From a virus (lineage: Duplodnaviria; Caudoviricetes): a stretch of 57,384 bases of DNA. A program made the translations under genes and the position numbers. The DNA lies in the IMG/VR virus record IMGVR_UViG_3300049596_000539, positions 1-57,384 of that record; one strand, written 5' to 3'. How positions within the stretch are numbered: position 1 is the first letter of the stretch; each line of letters starts with the position of its first letter. A model generated the notes under the pieces. That model was not told the origin of the DNA. It did not search any database and saw nothing but the letters and a program-made list of their open reading frames with translations. Below are positions 16,804 to 27,025 of the stretch, in pieces.

Positions 16804-17140
16804 CCTGCTCTCCCTCAATCTCAAAGTTCTTCGAAACCCCAGCATACACCCCATGCGCGGGCCTTGCAACCAGCCGGTAGATATCGCAGGCGGTCCAGGA
16901 TTTGCAGGACGCACAAGCTAGTTCCGCATCCTCGCCGGTCAATAGCGTGTCGCTGTCACCGCTGAACTCATCCGCCCGTCCCACACAGTTCGCCCCGTTC
17001 TCTTTCACGGACTTCCGGAGTTTATCGAGTGCATGAGCGGCTTCTGTTTTCAGTTCTAAATAGGCGTACGACAACTCCCTCGCAGGCTTAGGTCGATCTC
17101 CAACGATGCGGAATCCTGGAACGCTCGGATAATCAGGCAT
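16790..17140 (-). CDS. WhiB-family transcription factor
   Basis: C-x23-CxxC-x4-C followed by GVYAG (variant of G[VI]WGG). Confidence 0.7.
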   Translation of the reverse strand: MPDYPSVPGFRIVGDRPKPARELSYAYLELKTEAAHALDKLRKSVKENGANCVGRADEFSGDSDTLLTGEDAELACASCKSWTACDIYRLVARPAHGVYAGVSKNFEIEGEQDGKS

Positions 17141-17327
17141 TAATCTCTTCCGGAAAGTGAATGGCGAGGTAGTCTTCGATCTCGGACAGATCCTTATACG
17201 AAACGACCGGAGTTCCCGAAATCAGAAGAAGGTAATCATCGGGAGATTCGATAAGTCCGCGCGGGATAATCTCGACTTCTTCCCCAATTCGGGCGGCCCA
17301 AAAGCTCTCGACATCGTTAGTTTTCAT
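17133..17327 (-). CDS. Hypothetical protein
   Basis: AAGGAGG RBS, coupled. Confidence 0.55.
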   Translation of the reverse strand: MKTNDVESFWAARIGEEVEIIPRGLIESPDDYLLLISGTPVVSYKDLSEIEDYLAIHFPEEINA

Positions 17328-18277
17328 CAGTCCTCCTTACGCATTCCCAGGTTGACCGCGACGATCCCGGCCCCCATCAAAAGGATACCGCCGATCATCC
17401 ACCATGTCCAATCGAACTCTCCACCTGTTTCGGGCAAGCGCTCAACGGTCACCTTCGAGACCGGCTGGGTTGCCACGGGTTCCTCTGCCGGGATAGGCAC
17501 AAGAGGCGTCTCAACGGTAACAGGCGGTTCCGTAACCACGGGCGGCACAACTACCGGGGGCTCAACGGGCGGGGTAACCACGGGAGGCTCCTCAACAGGG
17601 GGTTCGACCGGGGGAACCGTGCAATCCTTGGCGGGGACTGTGATAACCTCGTAGTCATGAGGCTCCAGCGTTGCGTCATCCGCGCCAGAGTTCAGCACGG
17701 TAAGAGCCAGCCAATAAGCCTCATCCGTTTCGTCTCGCACCCAATACTTATCCGTTTGCACACGAATATCTACGCACTCAGGCACCGGGAGGAAACCGCA
17801 CTCACGAGAAAGCAACGTCTGATTCGGCCAGATTTCCGGGGCGGGAGCGTTAATCAACCACGTCGCACACACCTCGTACGCTTCAAACGGGGGATCTACG
17901 ACGACGGGAGGTTCTTCCGGTGCGCAAACAGGTTCCTGTCCGCCTTCCCCGAAATGCTCGTTGAACTGGGAAATTTGTACCCACGTAATACATTCCCCCG
18001 GCGAAAGTTCAATCGGGAAGAAGGATGCTCCAATGAACGCCCCTCCCGGCTGATTATTGTTCGGGTCAAAGTGCGTCCCGCCGTTTCGCAAAGTTGTTCG
18101 GAAATTGACGTGGCCGTTCGCCTCGAAGGTTGCGCCGTTCAGCAGCGTTACGCCCGTCACATCAACCGAGTACGGAAGTTCGCCGTCTGACCCGTTCGCG
18201 AGTGCTGCCGAAGGACTGAACATAATCGTCAGCGCGGACAGGGCTACCACAAGCAACCCGATAATCATTTTCTTCAT
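17327..18277 (-). CDS. Secreted LPXTG cell-wall-anchored protein
   Basis: Signal peptide MKKMIIGLL...ALA; Pro/Val/Glu-rich stalk; LPETG + TM helix + RK tail. Confidence 0.85.
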   Translation of the reverse strand: MKKMIIGLLVVALSALTIMFSPSAALANGSDGELPYSVDVTGVTLLNGATFEANGHVNFRTTLRNGGTHFDPNNNQPGGAFIGASFFPIELSPGECITWVQISQFNEHFGEGGQEPVCAPEEPPVVVDPPFEAYEVCATWLINAPAPEIWPNQTLLSRECGFLPVPECVDIRVQTDKYWVRDETDEAYWLALTVLNSGADDATLEPHDYEVITVPAKDCTVPPVEPPVEEPPVVTPPVEPPVVVPPVVTEPPVTVETPLVPIPAEEPVATQPVSKVTVERLPETGGEFDWTWWMIGGILLMGAGIVAVNLGMRKED

Positions 18278-18419
18278 CGTTCTTCTCCCTCAATCCATGT
18301 TCGAAATTTCGGTTGTCCTACTGTGAGCGTACCATCCCCGCGGGAGAAAAGATAGCCTACGATGCGAGGAATATTTACGTGTGCGAGGGCAAGTCCTACG
18401 AGAAGGCCGATTGTGAATT

Positions 18420-18569
18420 TCACCACTGAATCCTCAGATCCCGCACTTCGTCACTTATTGCGTCCTCGATAGGATAGCCGCTGTACAGCGCGTTTACAAT
18501 CTTCTCCAGGGCAGCCGCAAGTTTTGACTCAACGATTTGCTCGACCGTTTCGTAGTCATCTGAGTTCAT
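18420..18569 (-). CDS. Small hypothetical protein
   Basis: AGGAGG RBS before MNSDD. Confidence 0.5.
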   Translation of the reverse strand: MNSDDYETVEQIVESKLAAALEKIVNALYSGYPIEDAISDEVRDLRIQW

Positions 18570-18579
18570 ATTCTTCCTC

Positions 18580-19170
18580 CTAAAATTTAGTCTTAACCCA
18601 CTGAGCAATGTCTCCCAGGTTCACAAGCCTACGCCAAGCGTCCCACGAAACGCACATCTCCCGGCCCGTGTAAGAGCCCTCGAATGCGTCTGTGTGGTGC
18701 GTGTGGGCATGAACAAGTAGCCCGCCGTAGTCAGGCAATCGGTACTGCTCGTAGCGGCTTCCGTAGCGTCCTGGTCCGTCTCCCGAGCTTGCGTAAGGGT
18801 AGTGGGAGAGCAACACATCCCTGCCCTCAATGCGAATGCGTGCGAAATCCTGGATACGCTCGAACACATTACGGAACTGCTCAAGGTGAGGTGAGGGCTT
18901 GCGGTGAATGCTGGAAACGCTGTCGTGGTTCCCGGAAATCAGAACTTTACGCCCGGGTAGGTTAGCAAGAATCTCTAGGGCGTGCGCCTCTCCAGTACGC
19001 GAGCCCCCGGATATGTCACCTAAGATATAAACAAGGTCGTCGGCTTTTACCTGCCTGTTCCACGCTCGCTGAATGGCAAGGTCGTGAAAATCTATGTCGG
19101 CAAATCCTCGAATCTCCGAAACCTTCGCGTGACCAAAATGGGTGTCACCGATAAACCAAATCGCGGGCAT
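18580..19170 (-). CDS. Calcineurin-like metallophosphoesterase
   Basis: GDTHFGH, LGD, GNHD, SHYP and HAHTH motifs. Confidence 0.9.
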   Translation of the reverse strand: MPAIWFIGDTHFGHAKVSEIRGFADIDFHDLAIQRAWNRQVKADDLVYILGDISGGSRTGEAHALEILANLPGRKVLISGNHDSVSSIHRKPSPHLEQFRNVFERIQDFARIRIEGRDVLLSHYPYASSGDGPGRYGSRYEQYRLPDYGGLLVHAHTHHTDAFEGSYTGREMCVSWDAWRRLVNLGDIAQWVKTKF

Positions 19171-19203
19171 GTTCTCTCCTCCTGTAAGTAACGTATCAGA
19201 CTT

Positions 19204-20655
19204 TTACGCGGCGCGCAAGCTGCGGTTCAAAAGAAGGCGACGCTCAACCGCCTCCGAAAAACGACCCTCACTGAGCCCTAAATCGTCGTGCAGGTATACC
19301 CTAAGAATTTGCTTGGTCTGTCCGCTGCGGTCTGTTCTCCCGGCGGCTTGCTCGTTGATTGTTTCATCTGTTGACCGGCTGAGCCAAATCTCATTATTGG
19401 CTACATGCTGAATTCCGTCAACGCCCTCGGCAATGGCGGCAAGGACCCCGACGACAACTCGGTACTTAGTGCCAAGCTGGGAAAGCATTACATCCCGTTC
19501 TCCGCGGGTCTGCCCCGAGAATTCAAAGGCGGAGATGCCCACCTCATTCAGCCGGGCCGTTACAACCGCGGCGAACTTCTGAGAATCTGTGAACACAACT
19601 ACGCATTCATTTTCCATCTCATCCGTCAGCAAATCAATCGCGCGATCAAGGGCCGGGGAAGCGCAATCTTCCGCGAACGTCACGACTGGGTTGTCCTCAA
19701 CGTATTCAATCGAAGGAACCGCGAGAGCGATTTGACGGATGCGCTGGGCCTGAGTCAAAGGGATGTCCGCTACCATCGGGTTATCCTCAAGGTAAGTCAT
19801 CATGTGAGACTCCATCTCCTTGATAGCCTTCTTCTGAGCGGGCAAGAGTGGAATAGTCTCATGGCGCACCGTGGGCTCATCTACCGGCATAAATCCGTTG
19901 GGGTGGAATTCGCAGCACTTCTCACGCTTAAAGTGAGTGATAATTAGGGGTGACTCTTTCAGCCACTTACCCGGGATTGTCTCACCGTAATACTGCTTGA
20001 CCTTCTTCGGCTGGCCCTGAGCGTCCTTCTGAGCGGTGTATACCTCTTTGTAATCCATCCACTGAGAAAGCCACCCCCAGTAGTTGTCGTATGCTACCTG
20101 ACCGGAGAGGTTTAGTTCGGGCCACAGGAACCTGGAGATCGACCAAGCCAACTCGAACTTGTTACGGAGCGACGTTCCAGAGAGCATCATCCGGCCATCA
20201 AAGCGCTTAGACAAAGGCTCGCCGTCCTTTATGGAAAAACCTCCGAGCTTACGCTGTCCCTTAGATCCCGGCGCGGAAACTTTGTGGCTCTCATCCACCA
20301 GAATCAGATCCCCACTCCAGTCCGACACGTCCGCACGGGTTAGGAACTGAGGGGTAGCCAAGTAGACTCCCGGGTATCCGAGGGTCATGTCCGCAAGGGC
20401 TTGCTTCTTCGCCTTGCCCGTGTTACCGATAACCCGGCCCTCAAGTCCCACCTTCTCAAGCGTCGGCAACCAGGCGGTGCCGTGGGTCTGATCGGGTGCG
20501 ATAACGAGAGTGACGTTAGAACCAGATTCAATATGCGAGAACACGCCGGTCGCAGTCTTGCCAGACCCTGTTTCCTGGTTGAGTAGACCGCGGTAGTTGT
20601 GCGTCTTCAACAGGTCAAGGTCATGGCGCTGGAAGGGGCGGGGTGTGAAGCTCAT
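19204..20655 (-). CDS. SF2 (SNF2-like) DNA helicase
   Basis: Q motif PFQ, TGSGKT, DESH, LSGT, EGVD and QA.GR.DR.GQ motifs. Confidence 0.9.
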   Translation of the reverse strand: MSFTPRPFQRHDLDLLKTHNYRGLLNQETGSGKTATGVFSHIESGSNVTLVIAPDQTHGTAWLPTLEKVGLEGRVIGNTGKAKKQALADMTLGYPGVYLATPQFLTRADVSDWSGDLILVDESHKVSAPGSKGQRKLGGFSIKDGEPLSKRFDGRMMLSGTSLRNKFELAWSISRFLWPELNLSGQVAYDNYWGWLSQWMDYKEVYTAQKDAQGQPKKVKQYYGETIPGKWLKESPLIITHFKREKCCEFHPNGFMPVDEPTVRHETIPLLPAQKKAIKEMESHMMTYLEDNPMVADIPLTQAQRIRQIALAVPSIEYVEDNPVVTFAEDCASPALDRAIDLLTDEMENECVVVFTDSQKFAAVVTARLNEVGISAFEFSGQTRGERDVMLSQLGTKYRVVVGVLAAIAEGVDGIQHVANNEIWLSRSTDETINEQAAGRTDRSGQTKQILRVYLHDDLGLSEGRFSEAVERRLLLNRSLRAA

Positions 20656-20661
20656 GCTTAA

Positions 20662-20690
20662 ATCCTAGCGGTGACCTGCGGAAAAGTCAA
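20662..20690 (-). promoter_or_regulatory. SigA-like promoter, leaderless helicase mRNA
   Basis: TTGACT-N17-TAGGAT-N6-ATG. Confidence 0.75.
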
Positions 20691-20981
20691 CCTCAGAAGT
20701 CCCAAGGATCAACAACTCCAAGAGTTTCCTGAACTAACTCGAACGTAATCTCGGGAGACTCCTCTTCCACGGAACGCAGGAAATTTACAGCGTCATGTTC
20801 GATCATAAACCAGGCAAACGCAAAGCCGGAATCTTTGTCGTAGATGGACCATCGAGACTTGTTCACAATTCTTCACCCTCTTCCAAAGGAGCAATCCCCG
20901 AGCCCTTCAAAATAGATTCCGCCTCCGTAAAAGATAGGTCGGCAAAGTAATGCAAGTTCGTGCGGGCGGTTTCGAACGGGG

Positions 20982-21965
20982 TCATGATTCCTTACCAAAC
21001 TCTCGCATCGTACGGTTATAAGAACGCCCGGCTACAGTCCAGAGCGGCGGAGCTTTGAAACCCAGCCACGTTGCGTAAAGCATCTCCTTAAACCGCCACC
21101 AAGGCGACCGGAGTTCATCATCAGTTGCACGCTCAGCACGGATAATAAGCCCGTCCATATCCAGAATTGCTAGCCACGCACCCAGATTTTCTTTTTGAAC
21201 CTTAGTCTTTTTCACGGCGTCCACGTTCCTTTCGCGTAATGGTGGATCAAATAGCGTACTTGGGCTACGTGATCTTGTGTGTCGGACAGCGCCACCGAAA
21301 TAGCGTGCCCCCGTGCTTTTACAGCGTAGCCTAGATCGTGCAAGTATACAAGGACCCCCGGTTGGAAACCTACAGGCACGTATGCTCCGAACACCGTTAC
21401 GTACGGGGAATTGAAGGAGCCGTAATCTTTCTTAAGCGGAGCCGTTGCACCGATTGCTTTTGTGTTCACGCGACCCACCCCTTCTCATCATAAATAGCGT
21501 CGTTGTTCCTGCAAATTACGTCCGCGATCCCCTCTCCGGGATTTGTATAACCTTCCGCCTTCGTCACGAACCAACCCTCTGCGTTATACAGAGAGGTGTG
21601 AACGTAACCGTCCGGCCAGAACGTGTGAGTCAGCGTGTGGTTATACAGCGCCTTTTGACTGCTTGATTCGTAGCTCATGACTCCACCCTAACAACTTCTG
21701 TCGAGATCCGCCAGCCCGAATCGCCGTACGTTTGAATGTAAAGATGTTCGCCCACCACCGGTAAGTCCGCGATGGAGAGACTCCTTAGCCACTCCCAGCC
21801 GTCTTCATCCAAATATTTCGGGGCCTCCTCCATGAGGAAGGAACGGAGAACGGGATTGTGGTAATAGTCGCGTCCTATCCTGGGGCTCTCCACAAGGATT
21901 CCGGAACTTTCCTCCTTACGGGTGTACTTGGCCCCTGATGCGGTGTACGCAACAAACGGTTTCAT
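20982..21965 (-). other. Run of four small hypothetical CDSs (20982-21224, 21212-21478, 21466-21678, 21675-21965)
   Basis: Overlapping start/stop coupling, same strand. Confidence 0.55.
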
Positions 21966-22059
21966 CTTCGTCCCAGTCCGTCGAGTTTGTCAAGCCTACT
22001 ATACTCCGGGTTCGGATCATCCGCAATAAACCACGCGATGAATTTTCGAATTGTGTTTC

Positions 22060-22536
22060 TCATCGTGAAGCCTCCCGCGTAGCTTCTACCGCTTCAAGAG
22101 CAGCGCGCATACGGGCCTTGCGGTAGTCGTAGAAGCTGACGTACTCGACAGAATCCGCGAACTCCCGAGTCGTCTTCTCTGCCAGTTCGACATCGGCGTC
22201 GGTGATGGGTTGGGGTTCTGTGGTCGCTTCACGAGAACGACGGAAACCCGCAGCGAGGACCGTTGCTGTCAACCTCGGGATCAGATCCCCCGAGTTGAAC
22301 GCCACCCCAGCGTCGTACAGGGTGCGGAACAACGCTTGTGCGAGATCCGTCTCGTCGGGTGCGGTCGGGCTAACACCACCAGCCGCCAGCGCCGTGACTA
22401 CCGCCTCGGTTAGCTTCTTCCGCAGCGGCCCCATATCCTGCCCGAGCAGCCGGGCTTGCACCTTCTCGGGGAAGTTGATGACGTTGCGTACGACCTCCCC
22501 GATTGCCAGGTCGATTAGTTCCTCCCGCGTCTTCAT
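22060..22536 (-). CDS. Hypothetical protein
   Basis: GGAGA RBS, ATGA coupling. Confidence 0.55.
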   Translation of the reverse strand: MKTREELIDLAIGEVVRNVINFPEKVQARLLGQDMGPLRKKLTEAVVTALAAGGVSPTAPDETDLAQALFRTLYDAGVAFNSGDLIPRLTATVLAAGFRRSREATTEPQPITDADVELAEKTTREFADSVEYVSFYDYRKARMRAALEAVEATREASR

Positions 22537-22793
22537 GGTTTCTCTCCGTTCTTCGGTCGGACATCAGGGGACGGAATGGACGGATGGACCGGTTTCACCA
22601 CGCCGATGTTCTGGGCGAGTGTGCTCGCCGGGATTCCATCGCCGTCGAACGCTCGATACCAGAAGTCCAGATAGCGCGACTTCTGCCACGCGTCGCCGTA
22701 TGCATCGATGACGACAGCTCGGTCCGGCAGGGCATCGAGCTTCTCCCGAGCACGAGCGATGTCCGGACGCCACGAACTCAACTTCCCGCTCAT
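22533..22793 (-). CDS. Hypothetical protein
   Basis: LDALP...VVID..G.AWQK...W pattern common in actinophage small proteins. Confidence 0.55.
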   Translation of the reverse strand: MSGKLSSWRPDIARAREKLDALPDRAVVIDAYGDAWQKSRYLDFWYRAFDGDGIPASTLAQNIGVVKPVHPSIPSPDVRPKNGEKP

Positions 22794-23164
22794 TATTCAG
22801 ACTCCGATCCGGTCGGCATCGGTTCGATCGCCCAGAACTGGCGCGCCTCTAGCCCATCTTGAGAAGGGTGCGGATCGTGGATCAGCCCCTCGGGACCCCA
22901 CACAACGACATGCTCGACGTTCCGAGGGGACATCCCGATCGCCAAGCATTCGCGGTCGATGTTGCCAGCGGCCATCGGGTGCATCGTGAGTCCGCGCGAC
23001 CGCAGCCACATCGTGAATGCTGTGAACCAGTCGCGGTCGTAGAGAACGAAGTGCGGGACAGCCTCAGTAGGCAGGTCAAGCAGTGACGCAACGGCGGTGC
23101 GCATGCAGTCGCCGGGTATGCCGCGCGGGTCGTTGACGAAGATCGTCTGTGTGTGCCGAATCAC
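22793..23164 (-). CDS. Papain-fold (C39-like) domain protein, putative
   Basis: Q...GDC...AVASLL, H.VV and HDP pattern. Confidence 0.45.
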   Translation of the reverse strand: MIRHTQTIFVNDPRGIPGDCMRTAVASLLDLPTEAVPHFVLYDRDWFTAFTMWLRSRGLTMHPMAAGNIDRECLAIGMSPRNVEHVVVWGPEGLIHDPHPSQDGLEARQFWAIEPMPTGSESE

Positions 23165-23598
23165 TGCTCAACCCCGTTCGTCTCCTGTTTGGCTTCGGGG
23201 TTGTCCTGCGGGACAGGAACAGCAGGAGCGGAGAGGATGAGACGCATCCATTCACGAGCGAACCCGTCTGTTACTTCCTGCCTCTCGGCATCAAGAGCAT
23301 CCGCGATCCGTGCGTCCCGGTCAGCGACCTCGGCTCGGAGTGTGGTGATCTCGTCCAACAGGGCAAGCACCACGTCAGGCGAGGCGGCGGCGATGAACTC
23401 GGCATCCGGGTCCGTGTAGACGTGAGCGACCGGATTGCAGTCCTCCGCCTCACCGTCCGCGAGCAACTGCCGGTACGACTCGGCATCCCCCACCGTCTTG
23501 AATCCCTGGTAATCCAGGTCGTGCCAGATCGCCCAAGGCCCTTCGACCGCGACCGCCTCGGCTAGTGCCCGCAACCCCACAACATCGGAATCGGTCAT
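23161..23598 (-). CDS. Ead/Ea22-like protein
   Basis: LRALAEA...GPW...DAEFIAAASPDVVLALLDEI. Confidence 0.7.
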   Translation of the reverse strand: MTDSDVVGLRALAEAVAVEGPWAIWHDLDYQGFKTVGDAESYRQLLADGEAEDCNPVAHVYTDPDAEFIAAASPDVVLALLDEITTLRAEVADRDARIADALDAERQEVTDGFAREWMRLILSAPAVPVPQDNPEAKQETNGVEQ

Positions 23599-24205
23599 GC
23601 GTCCGTGCTCCTAATCTCGTGATCCCGCTTACGTTGTGCCGCAGCACCGGCCGCGAACACTGCTCGCAGTCCGGCATCGTGGTCCTGGATCGTCCAGACG
23701 TTGCGGTCCCGGAAGGCGGCGAGGTAGATGTCGTGAAGCTCAGGCATCTTGTGCACCCATATCGACATTCACGGTGACCGAAGTCGGCCGTCCGTCATCG
23801 CGCCAGACCGACGTCGGGAGGTCGACGCGGACCACGCCTTCGTTCGTGAAGGTGGCGCGCTCCTTATCGAGCGCGCTCAGGGTAAGTGCATACCTACGCA
23901 TCGTGTCTCCTAATCTCGTGGTTTGTGGTCATGTCCCAGCGCCGGTCACCTGGCCGGACCACCTCGTATTCGGTCACTTCGATGGGCTCCATGCCGGTCA
24001 TTCTCCCACCGCTTTGGGTTCGTCGATCTGCCATCTGAGGGACCGGAGTTCGTGTCCTCCACGCCAGACCATTTCGCATGCCCGGCACATTCCGCGTGCG
24101 TGGCGCAGGACGTCGTCTTCGGGCCCTTCCCGGTATTCGACGCGGACGGGGTGGCGGTACACGATCCCGTCGATGTCGGCTCGGAGTGTGGTGATCTCGT
24201 CCAAC
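23330..24205. repeat. 30-bp direct repeat (23330-23359, 24176-24205) and 14-bp direct repeat (23608-23621, 23907-23920)
   Basis: TCGGCTCGGAGTGTGGTGATCTCGTCCAAC x2; CTCCTAATCTCGTG x2. Confidence 0.85.
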
Positions 24206-24309
24206 GTCTCCTCCAAAGCGAATGCTAGGCGGTCGGCATCTACTATAGTGACATAGGTCGCTGAAAGGTTGTTGTACTCGTCCAGAACCTTACGGGCATC
24301 AGAACTCAC
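23998..24309 (-). CDS. Hypothetical protein sharing LDEITTLRA with the Ead-like gene
   Basis: GGAGG RBS; contains the 30-bp repeat. Confidence 0.5.
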   Translation of the reverse strand: MSSDARKVLDEYNNLSATYVTIVDADRLAFALEETLDEITTLRADIDGIVYRHPVRVEYREGPEDDVLRHARGMCRACEMVWRGGHELRSLRWQIDEPKAVGE

Positions 24310-24556
24310 GGTAACCCTCCATCGGTTCGCCCTGTGCGTAATCAGGATCGTAGTTGAAAGAATCCATCACCATGTCCTCTACTTCGGACTCTACAGGCGC
24401 ATAGTCCAGGTTCGTCGGGTAACCGCGCTGAACGTGAAGAGTCTCCGAATGGGACTGGATAAGCGCGTCGATGTCGAGAATGTCGGGCGTCTTGCCGTAA
24501 CTAACCAGTCGGTCGTGAATCCGGTTTGAAAGCTCGGGGTGTAGCAGATCAAGCAT
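24299..24556 (-). CDS. Hypothetical protein
   Basis: GAGG RBS; promoter TTGACA-N17-TAGTCT at 24585-24613. Confidence 0.55.
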   Translation of the reverse strand: MLDLLHPELSNRIHDRLVSYGKTPDILDIDALIQSHSETLHVQRGYPTNLDYAPVESEVEDMVMDSFNYDPDYAQGEPMEGYREF

Positions 24557-24785
24557 GATGTTTCCTCTCGTTGCTGATAGGACAAGACTACGGGGTTAGG
24601 GCTCGGGTGTCAATACTCGGAAAGACAATTCTCAATCCAACTCAAAGCCTCAGGTTTGTTAGCCTCAAGCCAGAAAAACAATTCCTCGGGCATCGTAATC
24701 CACGGGTGCCAGTGAGAAGAACACACGCCCTCGTCGTCCCAGTGCCCAGCCGATTTAGTACACCAATGAATTACATTCTCAGTCA

Positions 24786-25064
24786 TCAGATCGGCCTCAC
24801 AGACCAGCAGATTTCCATGTCGCGGTCACAATGGGCGCATTCGTAGTCGCCGTCAGCAATGTATACATTAGCCAACTCCCCGACGTTCGTGCAAACTCGC
24901 AAGTCCTGCCGCGTACAATCAACCGAGAGCAAGTAAGCAACATCATGTGAACAAGTCGTGTCCCCGCCGATGTGCGTTTCCGATTCGCATTTCAGCGGCT
25001 CGGCGTTCATGATGAGGGTGAGCGTGTCCAAATCAACATCGGTACGGGTTAGCGTTTGGTTCAT
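24786..25064 (-). CDS. Small Cys/His-rich (Zn-binding) protein
   Basis: Multiple Cys including CxxC. Confidence 0.5.
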   Translation of the reverse strand: MNQTLTRTDVDLDTLTLIMNAEPLKCESETHIGGDTTCSHDVAYLLSVDCTRQDLRVCTNVGELANVYIADGDYECAHCDRDMEICWSVRPI

Positions 25065-25233
25065 TGGATCAATCCGCCTTCAGTCTGAATTTGCTTTACA
25101 TACTCCAGAAAACCCTCTAAGGTGTTTCGAGTTACCCGGCCCATGTAAGGATAGCCCTGGTCATTTGCAAGTTTCTGGCATTCTTCGATAAAGATTTCCG
25201 CCAGTCGTTGCAGTTCTTCGTGTGAGTAGGTCA

Positions 25234-25572
25234 TCACGCCTCCAATGCGGCAAGGCGGGTAAGGACTCGACGGGCGTGGTCTACCTGAGAATCGTCAATC
25301 TGAGTCTGATACGCATAACCTGTTTCCGCGATGAAAGATTCGTCATCCAGTGCCTTAACCCACATCTCCGCAATCCCACTAAATTCTCGGAACTCAAGGA
25401 TCAGCGGGTTAGCGCCTTCCGTAGCGACGGGGACGTGATCGAACTCGGGGCGTTCATCGCGAGCCAGATCGACAATCGGACGACTGCTAAACGGATAGGC
25501 GTAGCGCGTGCCATAGAAGTCGGTCCACGGCATCGGGTCGGTGTTCGGAACACGGCTAGAGTAAAGTTTCAT
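25234..25572 (-). CDS. Hypothetical protein
   Basis: GAGGAGG RBS; promoter TTGACT-N17-CATACT at 25617-25645. Confidence 0.6.
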   Translation of the reverse strand: MKLYSSRVPNTDPMPWTDFYGTRYAYPFSSRPIVDLARDERPEFDHVPVATEGANPLILEFREFSGIAEMWVKALDDESFIAETGYAYQTQIDDSQVDHARRVLTRLAALEA

Positions 25573-25641
25573 GATTCCTCCTCACAAGTAGATTCGCCAG
25601 GATAGGCGTTAGAACTAGTATGACCTAGCGGGGAGCGGAAG

Positions 25642-25908
25642 TCAAGCCACGAACAAAAAGAAAACCAAGACCCCCCACAAACCGAACGCAACGCCCACAC
25701 CGATAGCAAAAACAGGAGGCGGGCCTAACGCTGTATACTCGGTATCTAGCGCCCAGTTCCAAAAGCGCGCCAGCTTAGAACGCCCTGGCGCATGAAAGCG
25801 GGATTGAGTACCGGCCCATACCCGCAAAGCGTCTAGCTCGTCCTCAGTGGCACCCTCTGCGAGCTTTACAGCGGCATTTAGGCGTTCATCCCGTGCTGTG
25901 TCGTCCAT
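25642..25908 (-). CDS. Small membrane protein (C-terminal TM)
   Basis: Hydrophobic C-terminus, AAGGAG RBS. Confidence 0.55.
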   Translation of the reverse strand: MDDTARDERLNAAVKLAEGATEDELDALRVWAGTQSRFHAPGRSKLARFWNWALDTEYTALGPPPVFAIGVGVAFGLWGVLVFFLFVA

Positions 25909-26183
25909 CAGTTCTTCTCCTTAAAAGGGACATAAACGCCTCGGGAAGCTCCGGCTTCGGGAAAGGCACGGGAAGGGGTAAAGCGGAAAGAAACCACGCC
26001 GTGACCGGTTACATGGATATCTACGGGGGTTCCTGAGTCGATGACCTTCTTATTCAGCACGTAAGCAACCACCTTGATTTGGTGCTCTTTCGGCATCATC
26101 TCCAGCGGGAACATGCTCAGCGCATCGCCGTGCATCTCACGGGCGGACGGCATGTGCATCGGGATCTTCTTGACTTCTTGCAT
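25908..26183 (-). CDS. Hypothetical protein
   Basis: AAGGAG RBS. Confidence 0.55.
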   Translation of the reverse strand: MQEVKKIPMHMPSAREMHGDALSMFPLEMMPKEHQIKVVAYVLNKKVIDSGTPVDIHVTGHGVVSFRFTPSRAFPEAGASRGVYVPFKEKN

Positions 26184-26184
26184 G

Positions 26185-26778
26185 TTAGTTCTCCTTGCTC
26201 GGGGCGGTGAAAGTACCTGCCGTAATTGCTCGTTCGATCTCGTCGGAAATGAAACGGATCAGGCCGTCCCTCTCCCGCAAAAGGATGTCGAATGCTCGCT
26301 CCCCTTCGGCAGTCGTGGCGTCGATAACCCACACGTTCCGGCCATAGCGTACCGTGGATAGGTCAAGCTCCACAATAGGATCGAACGCATTACCCGCCCC
26401 GTCCTTCTTAAGGTAAAGGATTCCGGCGTCAAGATCCCAAACGAACGCGGCCTTTTCGTCTGCCTCGGCCTTTCGGGCGTTCTCGATAGTAACGCGCTCA
26501 GGCTCAATTTCCGCGAGATCACGCCACTTCGTCCAGCGCTCCCAATCATTTGTCTTGAGAACGTTCTTTCGGATTACCCCGCCGGGAACCCCCGCCGCAG
26601 AGGCCATCTTCAACCGGAGGGCAAAATCTGCCTCAATGCTCGCAGTACGCTCCGAAATCTCACGCAGAATCCGTCCTTCGTACTCCGCCCGAACCTGTTC
26701 AGCAATCACTTTCTTAGCGATCCGCATACGGGATTTGGCCTCGACCAGTTCGATAACGTACTGCGTGAAGTCAGGCAC
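26185..26778 (-). CDS. Hypothetical protein
   Basis: Long ORF; likely GTG start after GAGG. Confidence 0.6.
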   Translation of the reverse strand: MPDFTQYVIELVEAKSRMRIAKKVIAEQVRAEYEGRILREISERTASIEADFALRLKMASAAGVPGGVIRKNVLKTNDWERWTKWRDLAEIEPERVTIENARKAEADEKAAFVWDLDAGILYLKKDGAGNAFDPIVELDLSTVRYGRNVWVIDATTAEGERAFDILLRERDGLIRFISDEIERAITAGTFTAPSKEN

Positions 26779-27025
26779 GAAAACCTCGCAGGGTTGCGGT
26801 CGAAACCTCAATGAACTCCGCCAGGTCTGAGAGGGCTCCCATAAGCTCGTCTATAAGTTTCGGGTCAGACTCATCGGAGAGGACATCCATAACTCGCTGC
26901 ATCTCGCTCACAGCCACCTCCAGGGCGTCAGCATCTCCCGGGTCGGATCCGGTAACGGACGTGTCCAGGATAGTGATTCCCGGAGAGGATGTGACCTCTT
27001 CTTTCGCGAACAATACATAAGCCAT
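26771..27025 (-). CDS. Hypothetical acidic protein
   Basis: AAGGGA RBS; promoter TGA-TAGGCT at 27064-27072. Confidence 0.55.
   Translation of the reverse strand: MAYVLFAKEEVTSSPGITILDTSVTGSDPGDADALEVAVSEMQRVMDVLSDESDPKLIDELMGALSDLAEFIEVSTATLRGFRA

Noticed and set aside
17500-17630. CRISPR or DNA-level repeat array
   Set aside because: Degenerate codon repeats of the Pro/Val/Glu stalk; no repeat-spacer structure seen anywhere in the window
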